DNA of 64,000 nt from an uncultured delta proteobacterium (GCA_963713045.1 CAVQKE010000001.1:672001-736000); one strand, 5' to 3'; shown: positions 1 to 9,134, counted from the first letter of the stretch. Made by a program: numbers and translations. The notes: a model not told the origin generated them from the letters alone.

Positions 1-246
1 GCCTTTCAAGCCGATTGCAACCGTGGCGCCGGGACGTGGACGCACCAGGGCGCTGAACTGAAGCTGCAGGCCCTGTCCACCACGCTTGCCGCCTGCCCGC
101 CCGGCTCGCTGGACAGTCGCTTCATTCAGCTGTTGGGCGCCGTGAGGCGTGCGTCCGTCCTCGGCCGGACGGCGCTGTTCCGGCTGCCGGACGGCGGTGT
201 CCTTCACTTCGAGGCGGCTATGGCCGACGCGCCCCCGGCACCGTAG
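1..246 (+). CDS. META/HslJ-domain protein, C-terminal part (runs off window start)
   Basis: Frame 1 from base 1 reads AFQADCNRGAGTW...STTLAACPPGSLDSRFIQLL...LHFE then TAG at 244-246. The DCN and TxxAC Cys motifs are typical of META domains. Not in the ORF track. Confidence 0.7.
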   Translation, partial: AFQADCNRGAGTWTHQGAELKLQALSTTLAACPPGSLDSRFIQLLGAVRRASVLGRTALFRLPDGGVLHFEAAMADAPPAP

Positions 247-286
247 AAAATCCGGCCGTCGCCCGGGCGGCCCTGCGGGCCAACAT

Positions 287-892
287 CTACTTCGGGCGGT
301 GCGGGTTGTTTTCCATCAGCCGTCTCGCCGCGGCCGCACTTTCGGCTTCCATCTGCACATGCAGCGAGTTGCCATGGGCGTCCATGGTGATGACGGCCGG
401 GAAGTCCTTCACTTCCAGGTGCCACATCGCCTCCGCCGGCCCGAGCTCCTCCAGCTGGTAGACACCCAGCACCCGCGTCACGCACTGGCCAAGCACGGCC
501 GCCAACCCGCCGATGGCGTGCAGGTAGACGGCCCCGCACTTCTGGAGAGCGGCCAGCGTCCGCGGCCCCATGCCGCCCTTTCCAATGACGCCGCGAATCC
601 CGTAGGCCTCAATGGTGTCAGCCTCGTAGGGCTCTTCACGAATGGAGGTGGTGGGGCCGGCGGCGATGACGCGCCAGCTGCCGTCCGTCTCCCTGCGGAC
701 CACCGGGCCGCAGTGGTAGAGGAGCCGGTCCCGCACCATCTCGTCAAAGCGGGCGTCGTGTGCGACGGAGTGCAGGTACTGGTGGGCCGCGTCTCTGCCG
801 GTCACCAATGCACCGCTGACTTCCACCTCGTCCCCCACGCGCAAGGCACGCACGGCGTCGAGGGAGAGGGGTAGTTCGAGCTTCTTGGGCAT
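287..892 (-). CDS. Fe-S hydro-lyase (class I fumarate hydratase/tartrate dehydratase) beta subunit
   Basis: Motifs TGRDAAH, YHCGPVV, AGPTTSIREEPY, IGKGGMG, MDAHGNSL. Start moved to ATG at 892 (MPKKLELP). Confidence 0.92.
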   Translation of the reverse strand: MPKKLELPLSLDAVRALRVGDEVEVSGALVTGRDAAHQYLHSVAHDARFDEMVRDRLLYHCGPVVRRETDGSWRVIAAGPTTSIREEPYEADTIEAYGIRGVIGKGGMGPRTLAALQKCGAVYLHAIGGLAAVLGQCVTRVLGVYQLEELGPAEAMWHLEVKDFPAVITMDAHGNSLHVQMEAESAAAARRLMENNPHRPK

Positions 893-924
893 GGCCAGCG
901 AATCTCCAGCAAGGCACGGGGGCC

Positions 925-1872
925 CTAGCTCGCCACCCGGAGCGGCACCTGGAGGCGAGGGGGCGGCGACGGCAGCAGCGGCTCCCCGTCGAGAAGCCAG
1001 GTTTGGCCCTGTCGCTGCAGCTCTCCCTTCCTGTAGGCCCAGCACATGTAGCTGACGCTGACGAAGAAGCTGGCCGGGACCCGTGCCCGCTGGCCGATTT
1101 TGACGCCGAGAATGGTGGTTTTTCCGCCCCAGCCCATCGGCCCGATGCCCAGCGCGTTGAGGGAGGTGGAGAGTTCCTGCTCCAGGGCGTCCAGCGCGGG
1201 GTCCGGGTTTCTGTCCTGCAGGGGCCGGAAAAGCTGCTCTTTGCTCTCGGTGTAGCCGAGGACGCGGTCACCCCCGATGCACACGCCCAGCGTCCCCGGC
1301 GCGCAGCCGAAGCCTTGGGCCTTTTGCACGGCGTCGATGATGCACCGTCGCACACCGTCGAGGTCACGGTCGGCGCCCAGTCGGCCATCCGGAAGCGCGT
1401 ACTGCGCGCCGACGTTTTCACAGCCTCCGCCCTTCATCATCAAGCGTACGCGCAGAGCTGCCTCGCGCTGGGGATGGAGGTGAATGTGGGGCGAGCCGAG
1501 CCCGACGTTGTCGGCAAGGCTTCGTCCGCTGACCGAGTCCACCGTGTTGGGCCGCAGGTAGCTGAGGCGGGTGGCCTCTTTGACCGCCGCTTGGATGGCA
1601 TCCTCGACGTCGAAGGGGGACACCTCCGGTCCATAGTCGACGTAGAAAATGAGGGTGCCGGTGTCCTGGCAGATGGGCACCGAGGAGGCCCGGGCGCGCC
1701 GGACGTTTTCCAGCATCAGGCCGAAGGTGTTGTGGGCGCGGCTGCCGGCCTCCTCGCGCTCCCGGGCGAGGGCCAAGGCATCCACCACGTCCTTGGCGAG
1801 CCCGCAGGACGTGTGCCGGATGAGTTCCAGCAGGGCGGGGGCCAGCCGTTGGGTGTCCGTCGCGTCCGGCAC
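925..1872 (-). CDS. Fe-S hydro-lyase (class I fumarate hydratase) alpha subunit
   Basis: Motifs PICQDTG, KGGGCEN, GCAPG, GIGPMGWGG, YMCWA. Directly upstream of the beta subunit. Probable GTG start at 1872 (uncertain). Confidence 0.92.
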   Translation of the reverse strand: MPDATDTQRLAPALLELIRHTSCGLAKDVVDALALAREREEAGSRAHNTFGLMLENVRRARASSVPICQDTGTLIFYVDYGPEVSPFDVEDAIQAAVKEATRLSYLRPNTVDSVSGRSLADNVGLGSPHIHLHPQREAALRVRLMMKGGGCENVGAQYALPDGRLGADRDLDGVRRCIIDAVQKAQGFGCAPGTLGVCIGGDRVLGYTESKEQLFRPLQDRNPDPALDALEQELSTSLNALGIGPMGWGGKTTILGVKIGQRARVPASFFVSVSYMCWAYRKGELQRQGQTWLLDGEPLLPSPPPRLQVPLRVAS

Positions 1873-2101
1873 GCCCACAATCTCTAGCACGGTGGCGGCC
1901 GTGCGACGTGAGAGGCCTGGCGCCTTGAGGGCAGTCCGGGGTATTCCCATTGCAGCGGGTGGCAGCGGACCCTCGGGGGCCGCGCTGCTTCCTTCCCCTG
2001 GGGGAGAGCGAATTCGCAGCCGGGCCGGCGTCTTCCTCCCGACTCCCACGCTTGGTGGTGCCACGGCCCTTGGCCAAGGGCCCCTGTCGCCTTCTCCAGA
2101 A

Positions 2102-2683
2102 ATGCTGACCCCCCTTCTTGGTGCGCTGGTGCTGCTGGTGGCTGCCGACGGGCCTTCGCCAGGCGATGCCCCGTTGCTTCCCCCCTCGGCCGTCTCTCAG
2201 GGACCGTCAACGGCACCGGTGGCCAGCCCACAAGCGGTGCGGGTAACCGTCGAGCTGCTGGTGGCGGGCGCGGCGGGCGTCAGCATTGGCGCACTGGGCG
2301 GCTACATCGGCTGTCTCGCCTCGCCCACTTCCAACGGCCAGACGTGCAACACCGCCACCGTGGCTGCGGTGGGACTGACCACCTATGGGCTGACGCTCGC
2401 CGTGGTGGTGCCCCTGGCAGGCCATGCCCTGGGCGGGGATGGGCTGATGTGGGTCTCCTGGCTGGGCGAGGCGGCGGGCCTCGGGGCAGGACTTGGCCTG
2501 GCGCAGGGCAACCCGACGCATGCCATCTACATCGCGGCGCCGCTGATGTTGGTGGGGGCCATCACCGGCTATGAATTGACCGCCGGCTGGGGAACGCCGC
2601 CCAAAAGCAACACCGGCGTCCAGGCGGTGGCCCTCGAGCCGGTGCCAGCCGGGGCGGTGCTGGCGGTGGGGGGGAGTTTCTAG
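2102..2683 (+). CDS. Hypothetical exported/membrane protein with Gly-rich hydrophobic helices
   Basis: Signal-like N-terminus MLTPLLGALVLLVAA, Pro-rich linker, several GxxxG hydrophobic segments, ending AVGGSF. Confidence 0.65.
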   Translation: MLTPLLGALVLLVAADGPSPGDAPLLPPSAVSQGPSTAPVASPQAVRVTVELLVAGAAGVSIGALGGYIGCLASPTSNGQTCNTATVAAVGLTTYGLTLAVVVPLAGHALGGDGLMWVSWLGEAAGLGAGLGLAQGNPTHAIYIAAPLMLVGAITGYELTAGWGTPPKSNTGVQAVALEPVPAGAVLAVGGSF

Positions 2684-2770
2684 CCGGCCGGGACTGTCGG
2701 GGCGCCCCTTCGGGGTGGCAGCGCGGTTGGCGTTGTGGCTGCTGGCGCCGCTTCGGTATAGAGCGCCGCC

Positions 2771-3961
2771 ATGCCCGACCCCCGGCGTCTCCACATTGCC
2801 TACGCCGTCGACACCTTCGACGGCGTGAAGACGGGAGGCGTCATCTCCGCCAAGCGCTTCATCTCGGCGCTGCGGGAGCGGCATGACGTCACCGTCATCG
2901 CCGGCGGCGCCACCAGCGAAGGGCGGGTGGGGCTGCCGCAGTTCACCATCCCGCCTTTCGGCCGCGTGATGCGGGAGATGGGCTTCATTTTCGCGTGGCC
3001 GTCGCGGGACGTGTTGGAGCCAGTGTTGGCCCGGGCCGACGTCCTCCACGTCCAGTTTCCTTTTTGGCTCGGCATCCGGGCCGGGCAGCTGGCGCGCAAG
3101 CTGGGGACGCCGGTGGTCGCGGCCTCGCACATTCAGCCGGAAAACATGTTTCACAACATCGGCATCCATTCACAGTGGCTGGTGGACAAAACCTGGCGCT
3201 TCTTCATCTCCGCCCTGTACGGCAAGGCCGACCACCTGGTCGTCCCCACCGCCTTTGGGCTGGAGGAATTGCGGCGCCGCGGCCTGACCGTCCCGGCCGA
3301 CGTCATTTCCAATGGCATCCCGCCCCAATTCCACCCCGGGCCGGCGAGGCGCGAGCCGCGCTATGAAGGCCGCTTCTTGGTGTTGGCCGTCTCGCGGCTG
3401 GCGGCTGAAAAGCGGATTGACGTGCTGGTGGAGGCGGTGCGCCGCGCTCGCCACGCAGAGCGCATTCAGCTGGTGCTGTGCGGGCATGGGCCGGAGGAGG
3501 AGCGGCTGCGTCGACTGTCGTCCACCCTGCCGCTGCCGGCGGACATCCGCGTCGTCGAGGAGGTCGACATGCCGGACGTGATGCGCCAGGCGGACCTGTT
3601 GGTGCATGCCTCGGAGATTGAACTCGAGGGCATGGCCGTCCTGGAAGCGCTTGGCACCGGGCTTCCGACGCTGGTGGCTGACGCGCCGATGAGTGCCGCC
3701 GGCCGGCTCGCCATCAGCGATGAATTTCGCTTCCCCCCGGGCAACGCCGAGGAGCTCGCCCAGCGCATCGACTACCTGGTGGAGCACCCGGAGCGGCTGG
3801 CCGCTGCGCGTCAGGCCGCGTTGGAAGCGGCCCAAGGCTTGAGGCTGGAGGCCTCGGTGTCGCGCCTGGAAGCCATTTACTTGCAGGTGGCCCGGCCGGT
3901 GCGGGCTACTGGGCCGGCCGTTCTTTCCGCAGCAGCCACAGCGCCCCGGGCAGCGCCGTGA
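2771..3961 (+). CDS. Glycosyltransferase family 4 (GT-B fold)
   Basis: N-terminal DTF..KTGG, SRLAAEKRIDVL, and the retaining-GT motif ELEGMAVLEA (E-x7-E). Confidence 0.9.
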   Translation: MPDPRRLHIAYAVDTFDGVKTGGVISAKRFISALRERHDVTVIAGGATSEGRVGLPQFTIPPFGRVMREMGFIFAWPSRDVLEPVLARADVLHVQFPFWLGIRAGQLARKLGTPVVAASHIQPENMFHNIGIHSQWLVDKTWRFFISALYGKADHLVVPTAFGLEELRRRGLTVPADVISNGIPPQFHPGPARREPRYEGRFLVLAVSRLAAEKRIDVLVEAVRRARHAERIQLVLCGHGPEEERLRRLSSTLPLPADIRVVEEVDMPDVMRQADLLVHASEIELEGMAVLEALGTGLPTLVADAPMSAAGRLAISDEFRFPPGNAEELAQRIDYLVEHPERLAAARQAALEAAQGLRLEASVSRLEAIYLQVARPVRATGPAVLSAAATAPRAAP

Positions 3962-6185
3962 AGTCGGCCAACATCGCCAACAGGAAGGCGGCGGACGTCA
4001 CCAGTCCAAACTGACGCAGCGGCGGGAAACTGGAAAAGGCCAGCCCCAGAAAGCCGGCGGCGTTGATGAGGGTGGCAAACACAATCGCCCGGCCGGACAC
4101 CCGCAGCGCGTGCCGCAAGGCGGCGTTGAGGCCCCCCGGGCCCTCGCCTTCATGCAGGTGGTAGAAGAAATGAATTTGGTCGTTCTCGGTGGTGCCCAGC
4201 ACGGTGGTGGCGATGAGAATGGTGGCCACGTTGAGGTTGCCGCCAAACAGCCGCATCCCGAGGAAGGTGACGAGAATGGCAAACACCGAGGGAATCATCG
4301 CCATCAGCCGCGCCGAGGCGCTGCGGAACACCACCAAGAAGGCGGCAAAAATGAGGCCGGCGGTGAGGCTGAAGCTTTGCGTCAGCGTCGGCACCAGACT
4401 GGCGCCCACCTTGGCCTGGAGGATGGATTCGCCCACCACCCGGAAACTGGCGCCGTGGAAGGCGGGGTCCGCAGCCAGGGTGCTGTCCCAGGCCCGCTGT
4501 AAGTCGGCGGCCAGCGCCCGGTAGTCCGCCTCCGTCTCGCCGTGCGACAAAAGGACGGTGAGTTGGACGTTGGACAGCGTTGTGACGTCGATGAAGCTGC
4601 GCAACTCGGGCTGAGTGAGGAGCAGCTGTTCCACGTCTGCAGCCAGCTGGGCGAAGGCGGTGGGCTCCTGCGGTAACGTCTCACTCTGGCCAGCCAGCGC
4701 CCGCCGCATGCGGAGAAAGGTGGTGGGGCCCACCACCGAGGACACCGACGGGAGCGCTTCGATGGCGCTGGTGAAGCGGTCCAGGCCGCGCAGCACCTCC
4801 GGCTCCGCGGCGGTGCCAGGCGGCGTCTTCACCCAGACGCGCACCACGTTGAGTCCGGAGACATTTTCTCTGAAGAAAACCATGTCCTGGTGCAGAGGCA
4901 GAGACGGGTCGACGTAGTCGAGCGAGTCGATGCCCAGCTTCATCGGCGTGAGGTAGCCAGGAATGCCGAACAGGGCCACCAGCCCGCAGCCCGACAGGGC
5001 CAAAGCGCCGACCACCAGTGGCCAGCGCCAGCGGAAGGTGAACCCGGGGAGCAACTCCGCCAACCTGTCGTAGACGCGGGTGCGGATGGGAACGGTGCGG
5101 CCGGTGGGCGTGTGCAGCACCCGCTGCAGCACCGGGAACAGGGTGAAGCACACCACCCAGGCAATGGCCAGTCCGCTGGCGGTCCAAAGGCCCATCTCTC
5201 GAATGGGGCGGATGCGCGACACGGCGAGGGCCGCGAAGCCCAGCACCGCGGCCACGCTGGACGCGGTCACCGGCAGAAACTTGTTCTGGAGGGCAAACAG
5301 CTGGTGCTCCTCGACGCGGACACCCTCGGGCTGGTCGACAAAGCGGCTGTGCAGGTAGACCAGTGAGGCCAGCGTCGTCACCATGACGGTGAGCGGCACG
5401 ATGGCCGAGACGACGGTGAAGGAGAAGCCGAGCAGTTCGCCCGCTCCCACGGCCAGCGCCACGGTGCTCCCCAGCGCCAGGACGATGGCCAGCATCGAGC
5501 GGACGCTGCGGTACAGGAAGAGCGCCAGCCCCACCACCAGGAGGCCGAAGACGGGGAACCAGCGGACGGTGGCTTGCCCGGATTCCTTCTCAATCCACGA
5601 CTCGACATACGGCGCGCCCACTTTGCGAACCGCCGTCACCCGCTTCAGCGGCGTGGCGGCCAGCACAGCGTCAATGCCAACCAACCGCCGGTCGCGCGCC
5701 GCGGGCCCTTCCTGGGGGAAGCCCACCACCAGTCCCAGAAAGTGCTCGCCCACCAGTCCCTGCTTGCGCAACAGCCGCGTCGAGGTGGCGAAGTGGCGGA
5801 GCGCCCCCACCGCTTCTGGCGTCGGCTGAAAGCCCGGGTGGGCCCGACGCCAGCTGTCCAACACCGACACCACACTCACCCCGGGCAGCTTGGCCAGTGC
5901 CGCGGCCAGCTCGTCGGCGTCGGCCAGCGCCTCCGGCTGGAAGGGGTCCTCGGACTCCAGCAGCAGCAGAACGAATTGCCCTTCGGGAAAGACTTTCTGG
6001 AAGTCCCGGGTGGCCAGGTAGTCCGGGTCGTCGCGCATCACCAACCCGAAGATGGCGGACTCGGAGGGAATGCGGGTGGCCAGCAGCGCCGCGGCGGGCA
6101 CCAGCAAGGCATAGAGGATGAGGATGGGGACCCGCAGCGCGACAATGCGGGCGAAGGCGCGTTGCAGAAGCGTGTGGGAAGTCAC
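3906..6185 (-). CDS. MMPL/RND-family lipid exporter (BstA/HpnN-like)
   Basis: About 760 aa with two repeats of TM + large periplasmic loop + 5 TM. Motifs GFAALAVS..PIREMG and GFLGLAFSSFPPLRQFG. Probable GTG start at 6185. Confidence 0.88.
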   Translation of the reverse strand: MTSHTLLQRAFARIVALRVPILILYALLVPAAALLATRIPSESAIFGLVMRDDPDYLATRDFQKVFPEGQFVLLLLESEDPFQPEALADADELAAALAKLPGVSVVSVLDSWRRAHPGFQPTPEAVGALRHFATSTRLLRKQGLVGEHFLGLVVGFPQEGPAARDRRLVGIDAVLAATPLKRVTAVRKVGAPYVESWIEKESGQATVRWFPVFGLLVVGLALFLYRSVRSMLAIVLALGSTVALAVGAGELLGFSFTVVSAIVPLTVMVTTLASLVYLHSRFVDQPEGVRVEEHQLFALQNKFLPVTASSVAAVLGFAALAVSRIRPIREMGLWTASGLAIAWVVCFTLFPVLQRVLHTPTGRTVPIRTRVYDRLAELLPGFTFRWRWPLVVGALALSGCGLVALFGIPGYLTPMKLGIDSLDYVDPSLPLHQDMVFFRENVSGLNVVRVWVKTPPGTAAEPEVLRGLDRFTSAIEALPSVSSVVGPTTFLRMRRALAGQSETLPQEPTAFAQLAADVEQLLLTQPELRSFIDVTTLSNVQLTVLLSHGETEADYRALAADLQRAWDSTLAADPAFHGASFRVVGESILQAKVGASLVPTLTQSFSLTAGLIFAAFLVVFRSASARLMAMIPSVFAILVTFLGMRLFGGNLNVATILIATTVLGTTENDQIHFFYHLHEGEGPGGLNAALRHALRVSGRAIVFATLINAAGFLGLAFSSFPPLRQFGLVTSAAFLLAMLADFTALPGALWLLRKERPAQ

Positions 6186-6222
6186 TCGGGCGGGGAAGGT
6201 AGCACGGGGTAGATTGCGCCCC

Positions 6223-7047
6223 ATGCGCCATCTCCCCCTCGCCCTGGCCTTCCTCGCCGCCCCGGTGAGCGCGGTCCAGCAGCCCGTCTCCATCGTCGCC
6301 TGCGCACCGGGCTACCCCGGCAGCACCGCCGAAGCCCAACCCTCGATGGACACCTTCGCTGCGGCCTTGGCGTCGGCCGCCGGATGGGCGCCGGGCCAGG
6401 TGGTGGCCAGCTACGCGCCGACGGAGAAGGACGGCCTGGCCCGGTTGGGTGAAGCGTCGGTGGCCCTGGTGGCACTGCCCTTCTTCGTGAAGCACGGCAC
6501 ATCGCTTCGTCTGACGCCGCGCCTGGTGGTGGAACAGAAGGGGCTCGGCCCGAGCGAGCGCTGGACGCTGGTGGCGAAGAAGGGGCGAGTGGCCAAGGCT
6601 GCCGACTTGGCCGCCATGACGGTGGTGTCCATTGCCGGCTACGCGCCCAGCTTCGTCCGACAGGTGTTGGGCCCGGAGTGGCGTCTGCCCGAGTCGACCG
6701 CGGTGACGGAGTCCGCGCAGGTCCTCTCCGCGTTGAGGCGGGCCGTCCAGGGAGACGCGGTGGCGGTCCTCCTCGACGGCGCCCAGGGGAATGCCCTGCC
6801 GACACTTCCCTTCGCCGCCGAGCTGGACATCCTTGCGCGCTCGGCACCCCTGCCGGCGGCGTTGGTGACGACGGTGGCCAACCGCCTCAGTCCGGCGCGC
6901 TGGGCGCCGCTGGAAAAGGCCTTGCTGCAAATGCCGAAAAGCCCTTCCGGCGCGGCGGCCCTGGACGGCATCCGGATGGCGGCCTTTGTGCCGGCTGACG
7001 CAGCGGCGCTGCAGGCCGTTCGCGCCCTGTCGGTGCCGGCGCGGTGA
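6223..7047 (+). CDS. PhnD/SsuA-like periplasmic substrate-binding protein (BstB-like)
   Basis: Signal peptide MRHLPLALAFLAAPVSA. PBP type-2 pattern (LVAKKGRVAKAADLA, VLSALRRAVQGDAVAVLLD, ILARSAPLP, LEKALLQM). Confidence 0.7.
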   Translation: MRHLPLALAFLAAPVSAVQQPVSIVACAPGYPGSTAEAQPSMDTFAAALASAAGWAPGQVVASYAPTEKDGLARLGEASVALVALPFFVKHGTSLRLTPRLVVEQKGLGPSERWTLVAKKGRVAKAADLAAMTVVSIAGYAPSFVRQVLGPEWRLPESTAVTESAQVLSALRRAVQGDAVAVLLDGAQGNALPTLPFAAELDILARSAPLPAALVTTVANRLSPARWAPLEKALLQMPKSPSGAAALDGIRMAAFVPADAAALQAVRALSVPAR

Positions 7048-7712
7048 GGCGCACCCCGCTTGTGCTGCTGGCTGCACTGGGCTGCGCAGCGCCCCTGCAG
7101 CCGCTGCCCCCTTCCGCCACGGGGGTGGGGCCGGAAGACGCACCGGCCTTGGCGGAGAAGTCGCGCGCAGCCACCCGCAAAGCACAGCACGAAGCCTCCG
7201 CAGACGCCCGGCGGGCGTTGTCGCAAACGGCTCTCGAGGCGGCCCAACGTTGTCAGCAGACGGCACCCACCTCGCCAGCCTGCGCCTACGCGCTGGCCCT
7301 GGCCCTCGGCGTCGAAGCCCGTGAGCGGCCCTCCACCGCCACCCAAGGGCTTCCTCTCATGGTAGAGCAGCTGCGGGCTGCCAACCAGCAGGACCCACGG
7401 CTGGACAACGCCGGCCCATCGCGCGTCCTGGCGCTGGTCCTCATCCGCGCACCCGGCTGGCCGCTCGGCCCGGGCGACCCGGAGGGGGGCTTGAAGGCGG
7501 CGCGTCAGGCGGTGGCTCTCTTCCCGGACTACGCCCCCAACCAGCTGGCGCTGTCCGAAGCCCTGCTTCTGTCCGGCGACGACTCGGGCTCGCGCCTGGC
7601 CGCCACCCGGGCCTTGGCGCTGGCCCAGGCAGCGGCCGCCGCGGGCGAGGCCGACGCACGGGACTGGGAAAACGACGCCCAACAGCTGCTGGCCGGGCGG
7701 GCGCCGCGCTAG
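7044..7712 (+). CDS. TPR lipoprotein, TRAP-T (TatT)/BstC-like
   Basis: Lipobox ALGC. All-helical, with DPRLDNAGPSRVLALVLIRAPGWPLGPGD and AVALFPDYAPNQL. GTGA overlap with the upstream gene. Confidence 0.7.
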   Translation: MRRTPLVLLAALGCAAPLQPLPPSATGVGPEDAPALAEKSRAATRKAQHEASADARRALSQTALEAAQRCQQTAPTSPACAYALALALGVEARERPSTATQGLPLMVEQLRAANQQDPRLDNAGPSRVLALVLIRAPGWPLGPGDPEGGLKAARQAVALFPDYAPNQLALSEALLLSGDDSGSRLAATRALALAQAAAAAGEADARDWENDAQQLLAGRAPR

Positions 7713-7734
7713 GGCCGACAGGCCCCGGGGGGGC

Positions 7735-8178
7735 CTACCCGGACCGCGGACCTCGCCGCAGCCAGCCGTCCACGCTGAAGCGGTCATCCGCGCTCGGCAT
7801 CACCAGGAGGAAAAGCAGAAGGGCGGTCCGGGGAATGACGTGGGTGTGGAATTCGTACAGCGGCTCCGCCAACAGGTGGCCGAAGGTGACCAGCACCAAC
7901 ACCGCCCCCAGTGCCACCAGCGCCTGGCGGGTGCGGAAGCCAAGGAGCAGCATCGCGCCCGCCAAAAGCTCGACCAGCGGGACGACAGTTCCCGTCGCCC
8001 ACAGGGCCCACCGCGGCAGAAAGGTGTGCGCGTAAGGCTCCACGAAGAGGCGGCGGGCATGCTCCAGCGGACCGAGACTGAAGGTCTTCCAGAGTCCGGC
8101 CATGAAGAAGATGAGGCCCAGGATGAGGCGCGCGATGAGGACCGCCCAACTGCGGCTGGTGGAGTCGTCGGTTGTCAT
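7735..8178 (-). CDS. DoxX family membrane protein
   Basis: RLILGLIFFMAGLWK, ELLAGAMLLLGFRTR, RFSVD; four hydrophobic segments. Confidence 0.85.
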   Translation of the reverse strand: MTTDDSTSRSWAVLIARLILGLIFFMAGLWKTFSLGPLEHARRLFVEPYAHTFLPRWALWATGTVVPLVELLAGAMLLLGFRTRQALVALGAVLVLVTFGHLLAEPLYEFHTHVIPRTALLLFLLVMPSADDRFSVDGWLRRGPRSG

Positions 8179-8189
8179 GCCCGCTCCCC

Positions 8190-8226
8190 GGGCCCCCTGG
8201 GGCTTGTGCCGTAACCCCGGGGGCCC
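8190..8226. terminator. Intergenic GC-rich hairpin (possible terminator or mRNA stability element)
   Basis: GGGCCCCC-T-GGGG (8190-8202) pairs with CCCC-GGGGGCCC (8215-8226), between the carbonic anhydrase and DoxX genes. No U-tract. Confidence 0.35.
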
Positions 8227-8268
8227 TGTTTCCAGCGTCCCAGTAGCCAAGCGCCAGAGGCGCCCTGT

Positions 8269-9015
8269 TCAGCCGAAGAAGTCCACCGCCGCCGTCTCCA
8301 GGTTGTACATCGCCCCACGGATGAGCAGCGCGTGGCTGGTCTGCAGTTCCTTCAACACCGCGCTCTTCTCAGCAATTTGCGCCATGGTGAGCTCGACATT
8401 CTTCTTCGCCACGGCGTCGACGAAGGCAGCGTTCTTGCTGGAGCGCTCGCCGGAAAAGACGGTGGCGTCGACGGCCGGCCGAATTTTGGCGAGCAGGCCG
8501 GTGAGGTTGCCCAGCTGAACGTTGTCAATCGCGCCCTTGATGGCCCCGCACGCGGTGTGCCCCATCACCAACACCACCTTGGCGCCGGCCACTTTGCACG
8601 CGAATTCCATGCTGCCCAGGATGTCGTCGTTTTGGATGTTTCCGGCAACCCGGGCGTTGAAAATGTCCCCAATTCCCAAGTCCAAAATCACCTCTGCCGG
8701 CGCCCGCGAGTCAATGCAGCTCAAAACGACGGCCGCTGGGTATTGGCCTTTGGCCGATGCCTGCTGCTCCCGGAGATAGTTTCGTTGCTTTCGCTCGCCC
8801 TTTCGAAAGCGTTCATTCCCCCGCTGCATCACGGCGAGGATGTCCTCCGGGGTCATCCTGGCGCGCTGTTCCTTCGTCAGGGCGTCGGCATAGGCCAGGC
8901 TCCCGAGCAGGCCAGCGCCGAGGACACCGTAGGCCCCCAACGCGGACGCACCCTGAAGAAAACGCCGACGGTCGAGAAGCTGTGGGCCCGGCTGCGCTGG
9001 GCGACGCGTCCTCAT
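8269..9015 (-). CDS. Beta-class carbonic anhydrase with twin-arginine (Tat) signal
   Basis: Zn ligands CIDSR and GHTACGA, plus RVAGN and GNERF. N-terminal DRRRFLQG followed by a hydrophobic stretch ending AYA. Confidence 0.93.
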   Translation of the reverse strand: MRTRRPAQPGPQLLDRRRFLQGASALGAYGVLGAGLLGSLAYADALTKEQRARMTPEDILAVMQRGNERFRKGERKQRNYLREQQASAKGQYPAAVVLSCIDSRAPAEVILDLGIGDIFNARVAGNIQNDDILGSMEFACKVAGAKVVLVMGHTACGAIKGAIDNVQLGNLTGLLAKIRPAVDATVFSGERSSKNAAFVDAVAKKNVELTMAQIAEKSAVLKELQTSHALLIRGAMYNLETAAVDFFG

Positions 9016-9134
9016 GGCGAAACCTCCTCGGGGAAGGGGCGCGGGAGTGAATCGCCGCACCGGGAGTCTGTCAACCCCAGGAAAGGCACCTGCCGCTTGC
9101 CGACGCCCGGGGGCGCAGCGGTGGGCGCTGACTG

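Noticed and set aside
1984..2001. Minus-strand CAGG-GGAAGGAAGCAGC resembles SRP (4.5S) RNA helix 8
   Set aside because: The UCC needed to close the GGAA tetraloop is missing and the flanks do not form the SRP stem.
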